DNA of 64,000 nucleotides from an uncultured Gammaproteobacteria bacterium. Lineage in GTDB: Bacteria; Patescibacteriota; Patescibacteriia; UBA9934. The notes under the pieces were generated by a model. The model searched no databases. It saw only the letters and a list, made by a program, of their open reading frames with translations, and was not told the DNA's origin. Of this stretch, positions 49,365 through 58,205 are shown in pieces (positions within the stretch are counted from its first letter, which is position 1; each line of letters opens with the position of its first letter). The position numbers and the translations under genes were made by a program. Location: the NCBI GenBank assembly GCA_964344415.1, contig CAYFMS010000001.1:186620-250619 (forward strand), in the 5' to 3' direction.

Positions 49365-49904
49365 TTACTTGGCTGCATTTGGATATTGTTCGAGATGGCT
49401 GTCCTCGTCGAGCAATTTGTATGCATACGCGATTGCCGCATCTGCGATTTGCTCGCGAGTTGTTTGACCGCCCAAGAGGTCATTGAACTCTTTGGGCATA
49501 GGCCCCATGTCTTTTGTTTTTTGGTACAAATTACGCGCAGCAATCGTGATGGAGTCCACGAGTGCATTGTGGGCCGCGCGTCTTGCTCGGTCCACGCGCT
49601 CCATTTCTCGGCGATCTGATTCGCCGACATGTACGCCTTTCATGTAATTTGACTGTTCATTGAATCTCATGCGAGATCCAAGATACGCCATCGCTTTTTC
49701 GTGGACCTGATCGACCAGCCGTTTGTACTTGTCGTACTCGGATTTGTCGATTTCTTCCAGTCTTTCCTCGAGATGATCGAGGAAACGGGACATTTTCGTG
49801 TCGTACATTCGCCCTTCTCCTCGTTCATTTTCTTCACGTCTCTCTTCTGATCCAGAGTAGAAATGTCCGTGAAGATGTTCTGGTACTTTGTGTCGTCCTT
49901 CCAT
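49365..49904 (-). CDS. hypothetical protein (179 aa, charged, helical)
   Basis: ORF 10 bp upstream of the 80-aa ORF on the same strand. Confidence 0.45.
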   Translation of the reverse strand: MEGRHKVPEHLHGHFYSGSEERREENERGEGRMYDTKMSRFLDHLEERLEEIDKSEYDKYKRLVDQVHEKAMAYLGSRMRFNEQSNYMKGVHVGESDRREMERVDRARRAAHNALVDSITIAARNLYQKTKDMGPMPKEFNDLLGGQTTREQIADAAIAYAYKLLDEDSHLEQYPNAAK

Positions 49905-50019
49905 AGAAGGTGGATTAAATTAGCAGTTTTTTAAGTTATTGTCAATGGTAGCATGCATGAAAGAATCAAAAAAACCGTCCCTCAAGCACCACCGGAGTGG
50001 GTCGGGGACGATCAGTAGC

Positions 50020-51084
50020 TTACTTCGTCATCTGCCAGCGCAGCATGTTGCCTGCGCGGAACGGTACAACACTTCCAATCTGTTCAGGCACCACCCAGGA
50101 TTTGCGTGTGAGGGTGATGGTTTCCTTGTTCAGTGGAAGATTGTAGAATTCGGCTCCGAAGCGCGAGCAGAAATCGTCGAGACGATTGATCGAATCTGCG
50201 TCTTCGAAGATTTCGGCGAGTACCTGTGGGAGTACGGGTGCAGAATAGACTCCGCATGCTCCCTTGGCGCATTCTTTCCTGTCGCGTACATGTGGCGCTG
50301 TGTCAGATCCAAGGAAGAACTTCGAGCTACCAGAGGTGGCAGCGTCAATAAGTGCATCCCGGTCTGTGAAATCCTTCGGCATTGGCATGCAACCGTTGTG
50401 AGGTCGAATGCCATAGCCGATCACATCATTCAGCGTGAGCTGAAGGTGATGCGCCGTGATCGTCGCTGCTACATTCTCACCAAGCTGCAAAACCGTGTCG
50501 GCTGCTGCTTTGGTGGAGATGTGCTCGAGCACAATCTTGAGATCCGGGAAGGATTCGGCCAATCGAAGGAGAGTAGGGAGGAAGACTTCCTCGCGACGTG
50601 TCACGAGTACACGATCGTGATCGATCTCGCCATGGATCAGCAGAAGCATTCCGATGTCCCGCATAGCCCGAAAGGTCTCGGTGATTTCGGGGGCGAAAAA
50701 GTCTCGCAGGCCTTCATCAGAGTTGGTTGTCACGCCTGCAGGGTAGATTTTCCCAGCAACTGCGCCAGCTTGATGGGCTGAGACGACCATTTCCGGTGTT
50801 GTATTGTCCCGGATGTCGATCGTCATCAGAGGCTTGAAGTTCGGTCGTTCCGTCATTCCATCGAGCACATGCTCGATTTCACCCCGATACCACTCCACAT
50901 CTTTTGCTTCCAAGATTGCGCGTGGTCGAGTGTTTGGCATTGCCAGACCTCGGCCAGCGTAATGCGCCGTCCATGGAAGCACTTCCTTCAGCATATCGCC
51001 GGTACGGAAGTGGCAATGAAGATCGTCGAGTTTCCGCAAGACGATCTTCGTCAAAGCATTGCTTGATTCTTGTGATGTCATCAC
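50020..51084 (-). CDS. pyrC: dihydroorotase, class II (E. coli PyrC type)
   Basis: Matches E. coli PyrC across its length (e.g. LDDLHCHFRTGDMLK..., LHLLIHGE..., FLGSDTAPHVRDRKE...) as recalled from memory. Confidence 0.85.
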   Translation of the reverse strand: MMTSQESSNALTKIVLRKLDDLHCHFRTGDMLKEVLPWTAHYAGRGLAMPNTRPRAILEAKDVEWYRGEIEHVLDGMTERPNFKPLMTIDIRDNTTPEMVVSAHQAGAVAGKIYPAGVTTNSDEGLRDFFAPEITETFRAMRDIGMLLLIHGEIDHDRVLVTRREEVFLPTLLRLAESFPDLKIVLEHISTKAAADTVLQLGENVAATITAHHLQLTLNDVIGYGIRPHNGCMPMPKDFTDRDALIDAATSGSSKFFLGSDTAPHVRDRKECAKGACGVYSAPVLPQVLAEIFEDADSINRLDDFCSRFGAEFYNLPLNKETITLTRKSWVVPEQIGSVVPFRAGNMLRWQMTK

Positions 51085-52034
51085 TTCTCCCAGTTGAGAC
51101 GTTGTGCCTCGTTGATGATTGAACGCAAGCGCCAGGGGCGCAGCGTGGATACAGATCCGATGAACACCGAAGAAGCTCCTGCCCGATGATAGTGAGTCAC
51201 GTCATCTGCAGCAAGAATTCCGCCGCCGCCATTGATCGGTTTTTGAAATCCGGCTTCTCTCAATCGAGTGATCCAGTTGCAGACAATCGGACGCAAAATA
51301 GCGCCAGAGATGCCGCCACCACCATACTTGGCGAGTGGTGATGTGTCGGTACCCCATACCTGCTCCCAATCGATCATAGGATCGCCGAACTTGATGGTGT
51401 TCGAAACACAGATAGCATCGCAGGCCGCGTGCTGATCAAGTTCCAATACTGCCTCCACTGGTGCATTGGCAGCGAATTTTGGCATCACTGGCACATTGAG
51501 TGCTTGTGCGATGTCAAGAACTTGTTCGGATTCACCAATGAGTTCACGTGGATCATGGCCTGTATTTGGGCAGGAGAGATTGATCTGCAGCCCAAACGGT
51601 GCACGAAAATTAGGCTTGCACTGTCCAATGAGATCGATCATGGCCCGCAGTTCATCGAGTCGTTCATTCGAAGACTCTGCCACGGACATAATCGAAAGCA
51701 GGAAGGGTTCAGTGCGATTCTGCCAGATCCCAGCGTCCAGAAGAGTCTGAAGTCCTGGTCCGCTCAAGCCGACTGCATTGAGCATCATGCCACGCCATGG
51801 GGCGATCGAAACACAGTCCGGGAAGCGATGCTTGGGCGTGTGATGATCGGTCAGCACCATATTCCCGTCACGCGGGTGCAGTGTTGTTGTTTTCGACACG
51901 AATGCCGAACCGTTGAAGTCAAATCCGCCAAATAGACGTTTGAAGTACCAATGTTGCCAGTAGCCTTCACCGCCGAATCCACGAACGCCTGCTGCATCCA
52001 GCACAGAGCCAAATTCAATACCTCGCAATTTCAT
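51081..52034 (-). CDS. pyrD: dihydroorotate dehydrogenase-like (class 1 DHOD/DHPD TIM-barrel family)
   Basis: GMMLNAVGLSGPG, INLSCPNT, GGGISGAILRP and INGGGGI motifs; coupled to pyrC (ATGA). Confidence 0.7.
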   Translation of the reverse strand: MKLRGIEFGSVLDAAGVRGFGGEGYWQHWYFKRLFGGFDFNGSAFVSKTTTLHPRDGNMVLTDHHTPKHRFPDCVSIAPWRGMMLNAVGLSGPGLQTLLDAGIWQNRTEPFLLSIMSVAESSNERLDELRAMIDLIGQCKPNFRAPFGLQINLSCPNTGHDPRELIGESEQVLDIAQALNVPVMPKFAANAPVEAVLELDQHAACDAICVSNTIKFGDPMIDWEQVWGTDTSPLAKYGGGGISGAILRPIVCNWITRLREAGFQKPINGGGGILAADDVTHYHRAGASSVFIGSVSTLRPWRLRSIINEAQRLNWEK

Positions 52035-52465
52035 GCGTTACTCCTTTGAATGGTTTGTTGAGTTGTTTAAGAACACGGGAACCAATGACACGCTATCAGA
52101 AGACTCATGTGCGCACAAGTGATATACGTGAACCCATGCATGTTGCCATCCTAGATTTAAATAGAACAAAAAAACCGCAGATTTCTCTACGGTCGCGATT
52201 TGGTCACCTGATTCGTGAAGGCATTTTCGTCAATGCCTAATCTTCGGTAGCGGTTGTATTGACACTTTCAAAAAAATAAGTTACTCTTTGCCCACAAATA
52301 AGCCTTCTCTTTACACATTTTGTGTGCGAGAGAAATGGTGTTAAGTCTTCCGAGTACATGGAAAGATTTGAGCAGTGACGAAGCGTACTGAAATGTACGG
52401 TGAGGAGCGGCGCAGAATCTTGACGCAGTAATCGATAGACTTGGGCACTATTTCTGTAAGAAAAA

Positions 52466-52540
52466 GGCCCCATCGTCTAGTGGTTAGGACGCCAGGTTTT
52501 CATCCTGGAAATCGGGGTTCGATTCCCCGTGGGGTCACCA
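52466..52540 (+). tRNA. tRNA-Glu (anticodon UUC), CCA encoded
   Basis: GGCCCCATCGTCTAGTGGTTAGGACGCCAGG-TTTTCAT-CCTGGAAATCGGGGTTCGATTCCCCGTGGGGTCACCA. Confidence 0.9.
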
Positions 52541-52698
52541 ATTTGAAAGTCACCGAAAGGTGGCTTTTAAATTGGTACCTAAGAACAGTCCTGAGGACTG
52601 TTCGAGGGAATCGAACGGCCGGAGCGATGTGCGGCCAGCAGGACGCACCGCGAGGCCCGGTTCCGAATGCGACATTCTGCAGAATGTGGACATGAGGA

Positions 52699-52719
52699 CG
52701 ATTCCCCGTGGGGTCACCA
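52699..52719 (+). repeat. direct duplicate of the tRNA-Glu 3' end (att-like remnant)
   Basis: CGATTCCCCGTGGGGTCACCA is identical to 52520-52540, 160 bp downstream. Confidence 0.6.
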
Positions 52720-52838
52720 CGAAAAAAGTTCAGCTTCTGCTGGGCTTTTTTCGTTATGATCTCCATGGAGGGATTGAAGTCCGTTTACAAAATAAAACGC
52801 CCCTCTGAAAAGAGGGGCTCGTGGCGCTGGCTTGTCGT

Positions 52839-53489
52839 CTACGTGACGACATCCGAGAGTTGGATATAGCAGCGTCTTGGGTTCCAGTTGTTTTCATTTC
52901 CATCCCACGGTGATGCGATGGATAGGCGAATGGTGCAGTTTTCGTATACGAATCTTCCTCGATGCCGAGCGCGGAGCTCAGTTCCGACAATGCTTACACC
53001 GCTCAGCACATGACCCGTTTGGTCAATGATGCTCGCACGTCTACTGTGGCCATCAATGATCACTTTACTGTGACGCACATATCCAACGGATCGTGGTAGC
53101 GGTTGCTCGGGAATGTAGCGATCAGTGAACACCATGTCGGGGTACAAATCGAGGATCGAATCATACGAAAAGGCTTCAACGACCTCTTCGCGCATCTTTT
53201 GCACTAATCTCCGCCCCGGTAGTTTTAGGGACTGGGGATTGATGCGTAGGTCTTCCGGATGTGTCGGCCTTGGGCATCCATCGATCAGTTCGCGAATATC
53301 CACGCGAGCGCCGAAATTCCATTTGGCACGAATCTCTTTTTCAGTGAGCGATGTTTCATCATATTGCATGGAGTACCCATGTTGATTCATCAGCCGATAC
53401 TGACGCCAAACACCGCGCACTTGTCTTGCGACGCAGGTACAGAATCGGCCGCCACTCATTTCCGTTCTTGAAAGCACATATGCGCGCAT
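52839..53489 (-). CDS. hypothetical protein (216 aa), coupled downstream partner of the DUF488 gene
   Basis: ORF whose ATG overlaps the DUF488 stop; His/Arg-rich block VIIDGHSRRASIIDQTGHVLSGVSIVGTELRARHRGRF; high GC. Confidence 0.5.
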   Translation of the reverse strand: MRAYVLSRTEMSGGRFCTCVARQVRGVWRQYRLMNQHGYSMQYDETSLTEKEIRAKWNFGARVDIRELIDGCPRPTHPEDLRINPQSLKLPGRRLVQKMREEVVEAFSYDSILDLYPDMVFTDRYIPEQPLPRSVGYVRHSKVIIDGHSRRASIIDQTGHVLSGVSIVGTELRARHRGRFVYENCTIRLSIASPWDGNENNWNPRRCYIQLSDVVT

Positions 53490-54181
53490 CAGGACCTCCA
53501 GCCGCGAGGGGGAGATGCTTTGATATTGGCTCCTGGGATTGGTTCTACCAGGTACCTTCTCGGAGATTTGCGCGACGGTTTCGACCCACCGACTTCCTCG
53601 GGCGAGAGATGAGCTTCATCGACTCCGTGAACCCACTTGCTGATCAATCCGGTCGCCACATGTCTATGGCAATCCAAATGATGCTGGCAAGCGCACATAA
53701 TGGCGATGCCCGTATGAGGACCGTCAATCAGTGTTCGAAGAGGATTCCCTTCGCGCAGAACACGATTCTCTTTTGCAATCATTGCCATGTACTGCTTCAG
53801 GAATGCTGTCCAGGCATGCGCTCGGTCTTCTTGCGTGCTCGGCGTTTTTGGGCTCAGCACTTTGTGCAGATCTGTGCGCATCGACTGTGTCGGTGCGAGT
53901 TCCAGCATGTGCACATAGGGCACATCATGCAATTCGCACATGTACTCGAGGTCTTCTGCGAATGCGAAACGTGCTCTTCCATAGGATCGGCTTCTGCGCG
54001 TGTCAACGAGCAGCGGGTTGCCATGCTTTTTCAGCAGGGCGAAGAAGTTCCGTGCACTCATGCCGCAGCTGATCGAAAAGATGTTTTTCAGATGAGGTAC
54101 GCGTATTTGCGAAACCTCTTCCGTTGTTTTTGTGAAAAGATCGGGTTGGTCACTCATGTATCCTCCAATGATTGGTGACAA
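53489..54181 (-). CDS. DUF488-family protein
   Basis: IFSISCGMSARNFFALLKKHGNPLLVDTRRSRSYGRARFAFAEDLEYMCELHDVPYVHMLELAP and the C-terminal CACQHHLDCHRHVATGLI (CHR motif) fit the PF04343 pattern as recalled. Confidence 0.6.
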   Translation of the reverse strand: MSPIIGGYMSDQPDLFTKTTEEVSQIRVPHLKNIFSISCGMSARNFFALLKKHGNPLLVDTRRSRSYGRARFAFAEDLEYMCELHDVPYVHMLELAPTQSMRTDLHKVLSPKTPSTQEDRAHAWTAFLKQYMAMIAKENRVLREGNPLRTLIDGPHTGIAIMCACQHHLDCHRHVATGLISKWVHGVDEAHLSPEEVGGSKPSRKSPRRYLVEPIPGANIKASPPRGWRS

Positions 54182-54285
54182 TGCAAACTAACGTTTTGTG
54201 ATGTGATTGTCAATAGCCCAGCATTGACAAAAGAGCATATTTTTGATCTAATGACATGCACACATTGTGATAAAAGGAGGCTACA

Positions 54286-55071
54286 TTGTGTCGAATTATT
54301 CTTAAAAAAAGTGATTTGATTTTCGGAGAAACCGAAATTGAATCCGCATTTACATTTGCTGAAGAGAATGCGAATGACCTAGCGAATCTGATCAGCGTGT
54401 ATGACTACCATGCCTTGGCCGATCTGCATGTGCCGAATATCATTCGAAAAGCGCATGCACAGTTTCAATATGAGATTCATAGATCGCTCGCTATCGCGGT
54501 CACCCTGCTTCTTGCTTCGGGACTGAGTATGGATAAACGAGCGAAGGATGCATGGACTCCATTCCACTGCATGATTCTTGCACAGCAGAAGATGGTGGAA
54601 GCGATACTTAATCTCAGTGAGCATGATTTGAAATGCTTCTTACGTGTATTTCCAAAGTCCGACCTTACTAAGACGGCTTGGAAAAAGCTGATTGGTGGGT
54701 GCATTACGGTTACAAAGATCGTTCATGCACTGATCGAAAAGCATGAGATGCAAGTGGAATTCCCAACGCCTCAAGAGGATGGGAAGTATCAGATTGACCT
54801 TTTTGTCAGGCTGGACAAAAAGAGATTGATCGCGATGCAAATCAAATCTACATCGCAAAATTACATTGACGTTTTGCGGTATGGTGATCGATACTCCGAT
54901 TCAGCTCTTCGAGAATTCTTGAAACGAGCTGAGATCTTCCAAGAGGTCAACAGGCATGTGGTTATCTATCCAGTTTTTTTTACGGCTGCGAGAAATAACC
55001 GACAGTGGGAATTGCATGACCCGGTCATTGTTAACATGCTTGGGCGAATGTTTGGGCAGATCAAGAACTAG
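54286..55071 (+). CDS. hypothetical protein (261 aa), possible PD-(D/E)xK-like nuclease fold
   Basis: The D...QxK arrangement (QIDLFVRLDKKRLIAMQIKS) is suggestive only; high GC. Confidence 0.45.
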   Translation: MCRIILKKSDLIFGETEIESAFTFAEENANDLANLISVYDYHALADLHVPNIIRKAHAQFQYEIHRSLAIAVTLLLASGLSMDKRAKDAWTPFHCMILAQQKMVEAILNLSEHDLKCFLRVFPKSDLTKTAWKKLIGGCITVTKIVHALIEKHEMQVEFPTPQEDGKYQIDLFVRLDKKRLIAMQIKSTSQNYIDVLRYGDRYSDSALREFLKRAEIFQEVNRHVVIYPVFFTAARNNRQWELHDPVIVNMLGRMFGQIKN

Positions 55072-55172
55072 TAACGCTTGTGTAAACGGGCGTTTTTTTA
55101 TTTAGGGTAATTGGTAACTTTGCGACCAATGCGGCATATCCGATATTAGTTGGATTGACAAAAAGGTGATTT

Positions 55173-55643
55173 TTGTGTATGATTCGGCGCAATCGTCAAC
55201 GGCGTTTGGCGATATTTGGAGGGGAATTGAACAAAAAATTGGTTCACATTGGCTGGGCATTCAGCGCCTTTGCCGTCATTGGCACCATCCTGCTTACCGC
55301 GGGCTGTGATCCGGTCGAATATGGCCCGACATCGCTCGAGATGCAGGAACTGTCATTCACTGTCTCGCATGACGTGTCGCTGACAGTGGAATTCGACGGC
55401 GGTACGAGCGTACACAAGTTCATCGCAGGTTCTGCTGGATTTCACGCGCTCCACCGAGGTGCATTCGATGTCGTGATTTGCGGCGAACCGTCCGACATCG
55501 ACCATGTCTGCGAACTGAGCGGACTGGAAGTGAACGAAGCGTCCTTGCCGCGAGACATCGCGAATGTCGACGGCATGGCATGCATTTCGATCGCGTCGGG
55601 AACGGCGGTCGAATCACAAGTGAATTTGGCGCGGTGCAACTGA
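55173..55643 (+). CDS. putative lipoprotein
   Basis: Signal peptide ending in the lipobox LLTAGC; high GC; strong terminator follows. Confidence 0.5.
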   Translation: MCMIRRNRQRRLAIFGGELNKKLVHIGWAFSAFAVIGTILLTAGCDPVEYGPTSLEMQELSFTVSHDVSLTVEFDGGTSVHKFIAGSAGFHALHRGAFDVVICGEPSDIDHVCELSGLEVNEASLPRDIANVDGMACISIASGTAVESQVNLARCN

Positions 55644-55657
55644 GCGCTCGCCAAAAC

Positions 55658-55692
55658 AAAAGCCGGCTCCATACGGGAGCCGGCTATTTTAT
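55658..55692. terminator. strong hairpin terminator at the right edge of the high-GC segment
   Basis: AGCCGGCTCC-ATAC-GGGAGCCGGCTATTTTAT. Confidence 0.6.
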
Positions 55693-55697
55693 ATCTT

Positions 55698-56453
55698 TTA
55701 TTTTTTTAGATTATCAGCAATGGTGTCGAATGCTCGCAGTACCTCAATCGGTGTTGCAAAAATGACGGTATTTGACTGGTCAGATGATAAATCATTCAGT
55801 GTAGAAAGCGTTCTTAAATGAAGAGCTCCAGGGGTCTCAGCAAGCATTCCTGCGGCTTGTCTCAAATTCTCAGCAGCTTGAATTTCCCCCTGAGATTTAA
55901 TGACAACTGATCGACGTTCACGTTCCGCCTCGGCCTGCTTCGCAATCGTCCGTTTCATATTGTCTGGCAGAATAATATCTTTCAATTCAACATTCTCTAC
56001 AGAAATTCCCCAAGGGTCGGTTAGCTGATCAACAATATCTTTAATCTTCTTTGAAGCTACATCTCGCTTTGCATTCAATTCATCAAGTTCCATTTCTCCA
56101 ACAACATTACGCATGGTTGTTTGCGCAAGCTGGCTCACGGCATGATAATAATTTGCGACATTGATGGTTGCTTTCGCCGCATCTTTCACTCTGTAATAAA
56201 TCACAGCATTAATTTTGGCCGGGATATTGTCTGCTGTAATTGCTTCTTGATCGGGAACATCGACAGCAAGAACGCGAATATCAACTTTTCGCATACTTTG
56301 AATAATCGGAAAAACCAATCTCCATCCCGGTTCAAGGGTTGATGTATATTTTCCTAAGGTGAATTTAACACCGCGCTGATACTCATTGATTTGTCTAATG
56401 CTGATCAATACGATGAAAATCGCTAAAATGACAAGTGTTGTAATAAATGGCAT
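55698..56453 (-). CDS. SPFH/band-7 (stomatin/prohibitin-like) membrane protein
   Basis: N-terminal TM helix then a typical SPFH core (...RVLAVDVPDQEAITADNIPAKINAVIYYRV...) and coiled-coil tail. Confidence 0.85.
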   Translation of the reverse strand: MPFITTLVILAIFIVLISIRQINEYQRGVKFTLGKYTSTLEPGWRLVFPIIQSMRKVDIRVLAVDVPDQEAITADNIPAKINAVIYYRVKDAAKATINVANYYHAVSQLAQTTMRNVVGEMELDELNAKRDVASKKIKDIVDQLTDPWGISVENVELKDIILPDNMKRTIAKQAEAERERRSVVIKSQGEIQAAENLRQAAGMLAETPGALHLRTLSTLNDLSSDQSNTVIFATPIEVLRAFDTIADNLKK

Positions 56454-56566
56454 ATATGTAATTATAATTCGAGCTTATCAGGCGGCTATTCCCATGTCTA
56501 GTTTTAGAAAACTTGTATTAAAAAGCCAAGCTGGTAAAATCCAAAAATTAATCATGATATTTATCT

Positions 56567-56884
56567 ATGGAACTTACTTCACAAAATTTTGATGAAACAG
56601 TACTTCAGGCGCAAGGAGTGGTATTGGTAGACTTCTGGGCGCCATGGTGCGGGCCATGCAAATTAATGGGGCCGATTATTGATGAGCTTGCCAGTGAAAT
56701 GGAGAATGTAACGATTGGAAAAGTGAATGTTGATGTCGAAGGTAATCGACCGCTTGTTCAGCAATATAATATTTTGTCTATCCCGACATTCCTTATTTTC
56801 AAAGGAGGGCAGGTTGTTGAGCAATTTTCTGGTGCAATGAGTAAAGAGGCGGTTGCTGAGAAGATCAATTCGCACCTCTCATAA
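56567..56884 (+). CDS. trxA: thioredoxin
   Basis: VLVDFWAPWCGPCK active site. Confidence 0.9.
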   Translation: MELTSQNFDETVLQAQGVVLVDFWAPWCGPCKLMGPIIDELASEMENVTIGKVNVDVEGNRPLVQQYNILSIPTFLIFKGGQVVEQFSGAMSKEAVAEKINSHLS

Positions 56885-56919
56885 TCCTGCCTCGTAATCC
56901 TGAGCCTGTCGAAGGATCT

Positions 56920-57204
56920 ATGAAGAGACCCTCTGTTTATATCATGACAAATTGGAGACATACGGTTCTTTACATAGGCATGACAACTAATCTGAGTAAG
57001 CGTATATCGGATCATAAAAACGGATCAGTACCAGGGTTTACGAAGAAATATAACTGTACTAAGTGTGTATATATTGAATTTGCTGAGACGATTGAAGAAG
57101 CTGCTGCGAGGGAATATCAACTTAAAGGATGGAGGCGATCCAAGAAGAATGATTTGATATCTCAATTGAATCCAGAATGGAGGGATTTGTCTGATCAATT
57201 GTAA
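56920..57204 (+). CDS. GIY-YIG nuclease family protein (small, stand-alone)
   Basis: VYIMTNWRHTVLYIGMTTNLSKRISDHK (GIY...YIG), R and E residues downstream; the start codon abuts a repeat-family tail that supplies AAGGA as RBS. Confidence 0.75.
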   Translation: MKRPSVYIMTNWRHTVLYIGMTTNLSKRISDHKNGSVPGFTKKYNCTKCVYIEFAETIEEAAAREYQLKGWRRSKKNDLISQLNPEWRDLSDQL

Positions 57205-57276
57205 TACAAAAGATCCCTCGACAAGCTCGGGATTTCGATCATAGAATAAAAGACTTTGCATTATAGAAATACATTT

Positions 57277-58203
57277 ATGAATGAAGTAAAAGACACGGTC
57301 ATCATTGGTTCCGGTCCGGCTGGTTATACAGCTGCGATTTATGCTGCGCGAGCAGATATGAAGCCTCTTCTTTTTGCTGGGAATGAACCCGGAGGGCAAT
57401 TAATGCTGACATCAGATGTAGAAAATTGGCCGGGTGAGCCGGATGGCGTTATGGGTCCAGAACTCATGCAAAAACTTGAAAAGCAGGCAAAGCGTTTTGG
57501 TACGGAAATTGTATCCGAAACTGTGGAGAGCGTGGATTTTTCTTCATCCCCATTTACGCTGACAACAAAGAATCAGACGGTTCAAGCAAAGACGGTTATT
57601 ATTGCGACAGGGGCTGTTGCATTATGGCTTGGAATTCCGGGAGAAAAGGAATTTCAGGGGAAGGGCGTTTCTGCTTGTGCGACTTGTGATGGATTTTTCT
57701 TCAGAGATAAGAAAGTGGTCGTTGTAGGTGGTGGTGATTCTGCACTTGAAGAAGCGACATTCATCACTAAATTTGCGAGCGAGGTGATTATGCTGGTTCG
57801 GCGCGACGAATTCCGGGGCTCGAAGGCGATGCAGCATAAGGCGACGGAAAATCCAAAGATCAAAATCATGTGGAATACCGAGGCGAAAGAACTCATCGGT
57901 TCACAGGTGCTGGAAAAGGTGAGAGTTGTAAATAATAAAACAGGTGAGGAGTCTGAAATTGAAACGGATGGTTTCTTTGTGGCGATTGGTCATAAGCCAG
58001 CGACCGATATTTTTAAAGGACAACTCGACATGGATGATAAAGGGTATTTGAAACATGCTCCGGATTCGACAAAAACAAATGTTGAAGGTGTTTTTGCGGC
58101 TGGAGATGTGATTGATCCATATTATCGTCAAGCGATTACATCGGCGGGCATGGGTTGTATGGCGGCGCTTGATGCGGAACGTTTTTTGGCTGCTCAGGAA
58201 TAG
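57277..58203 (+). CDS. trxB: thioredoxin-disulfide reductase
   Basis: VIIGSGPAGYTAAIYAARA FAD fold, CATCDG redox site, GGGDSA NADPH fold. Confidence 0.9.
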   Translation: MNEVKDTVIIGSGPAGYTAAIYAARADMKPLLFAGNEPGGQLMLTSDVENWPGEPDGVMGPELMQKLEKQAKRFGTEIVSETVESVDFSSSPFTLTTKNQTVQAKTVIIATGAVALWLGIPGEKEFQGKGVSACATCDGFFFRDKKVVVVGGGDSALEEATFITKFASEVIMLVRRDEFRGSKAMQHKATENPKIKIMWNTEAKELIGSQVLEKVRVVNNKTGEESEIETDGFFVAIGHKPATDIFKGQLDMDDKGYLKHAPDSTKTNVEGVFAAGDVIDPYYRQAITSAGMGCMAALDAERFLAAQE

Positions 58204-58205
58204 TA

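Noticed and set aside
49939-50781. 280-aa plus-strand ORF
   Set aside because: It is antisense to the well-supported pyrC gene in GC-rich DNA
52541-52698. Second tRNA or pseudo-tRNA between tRNA-Glu and its duplicated 3' end
   Set aside because: Only simple hairpins are present (GAACAGTCC-TGA-GGACTGTTC; ACATTCTGCAGAATGT); there is no cloverleaf
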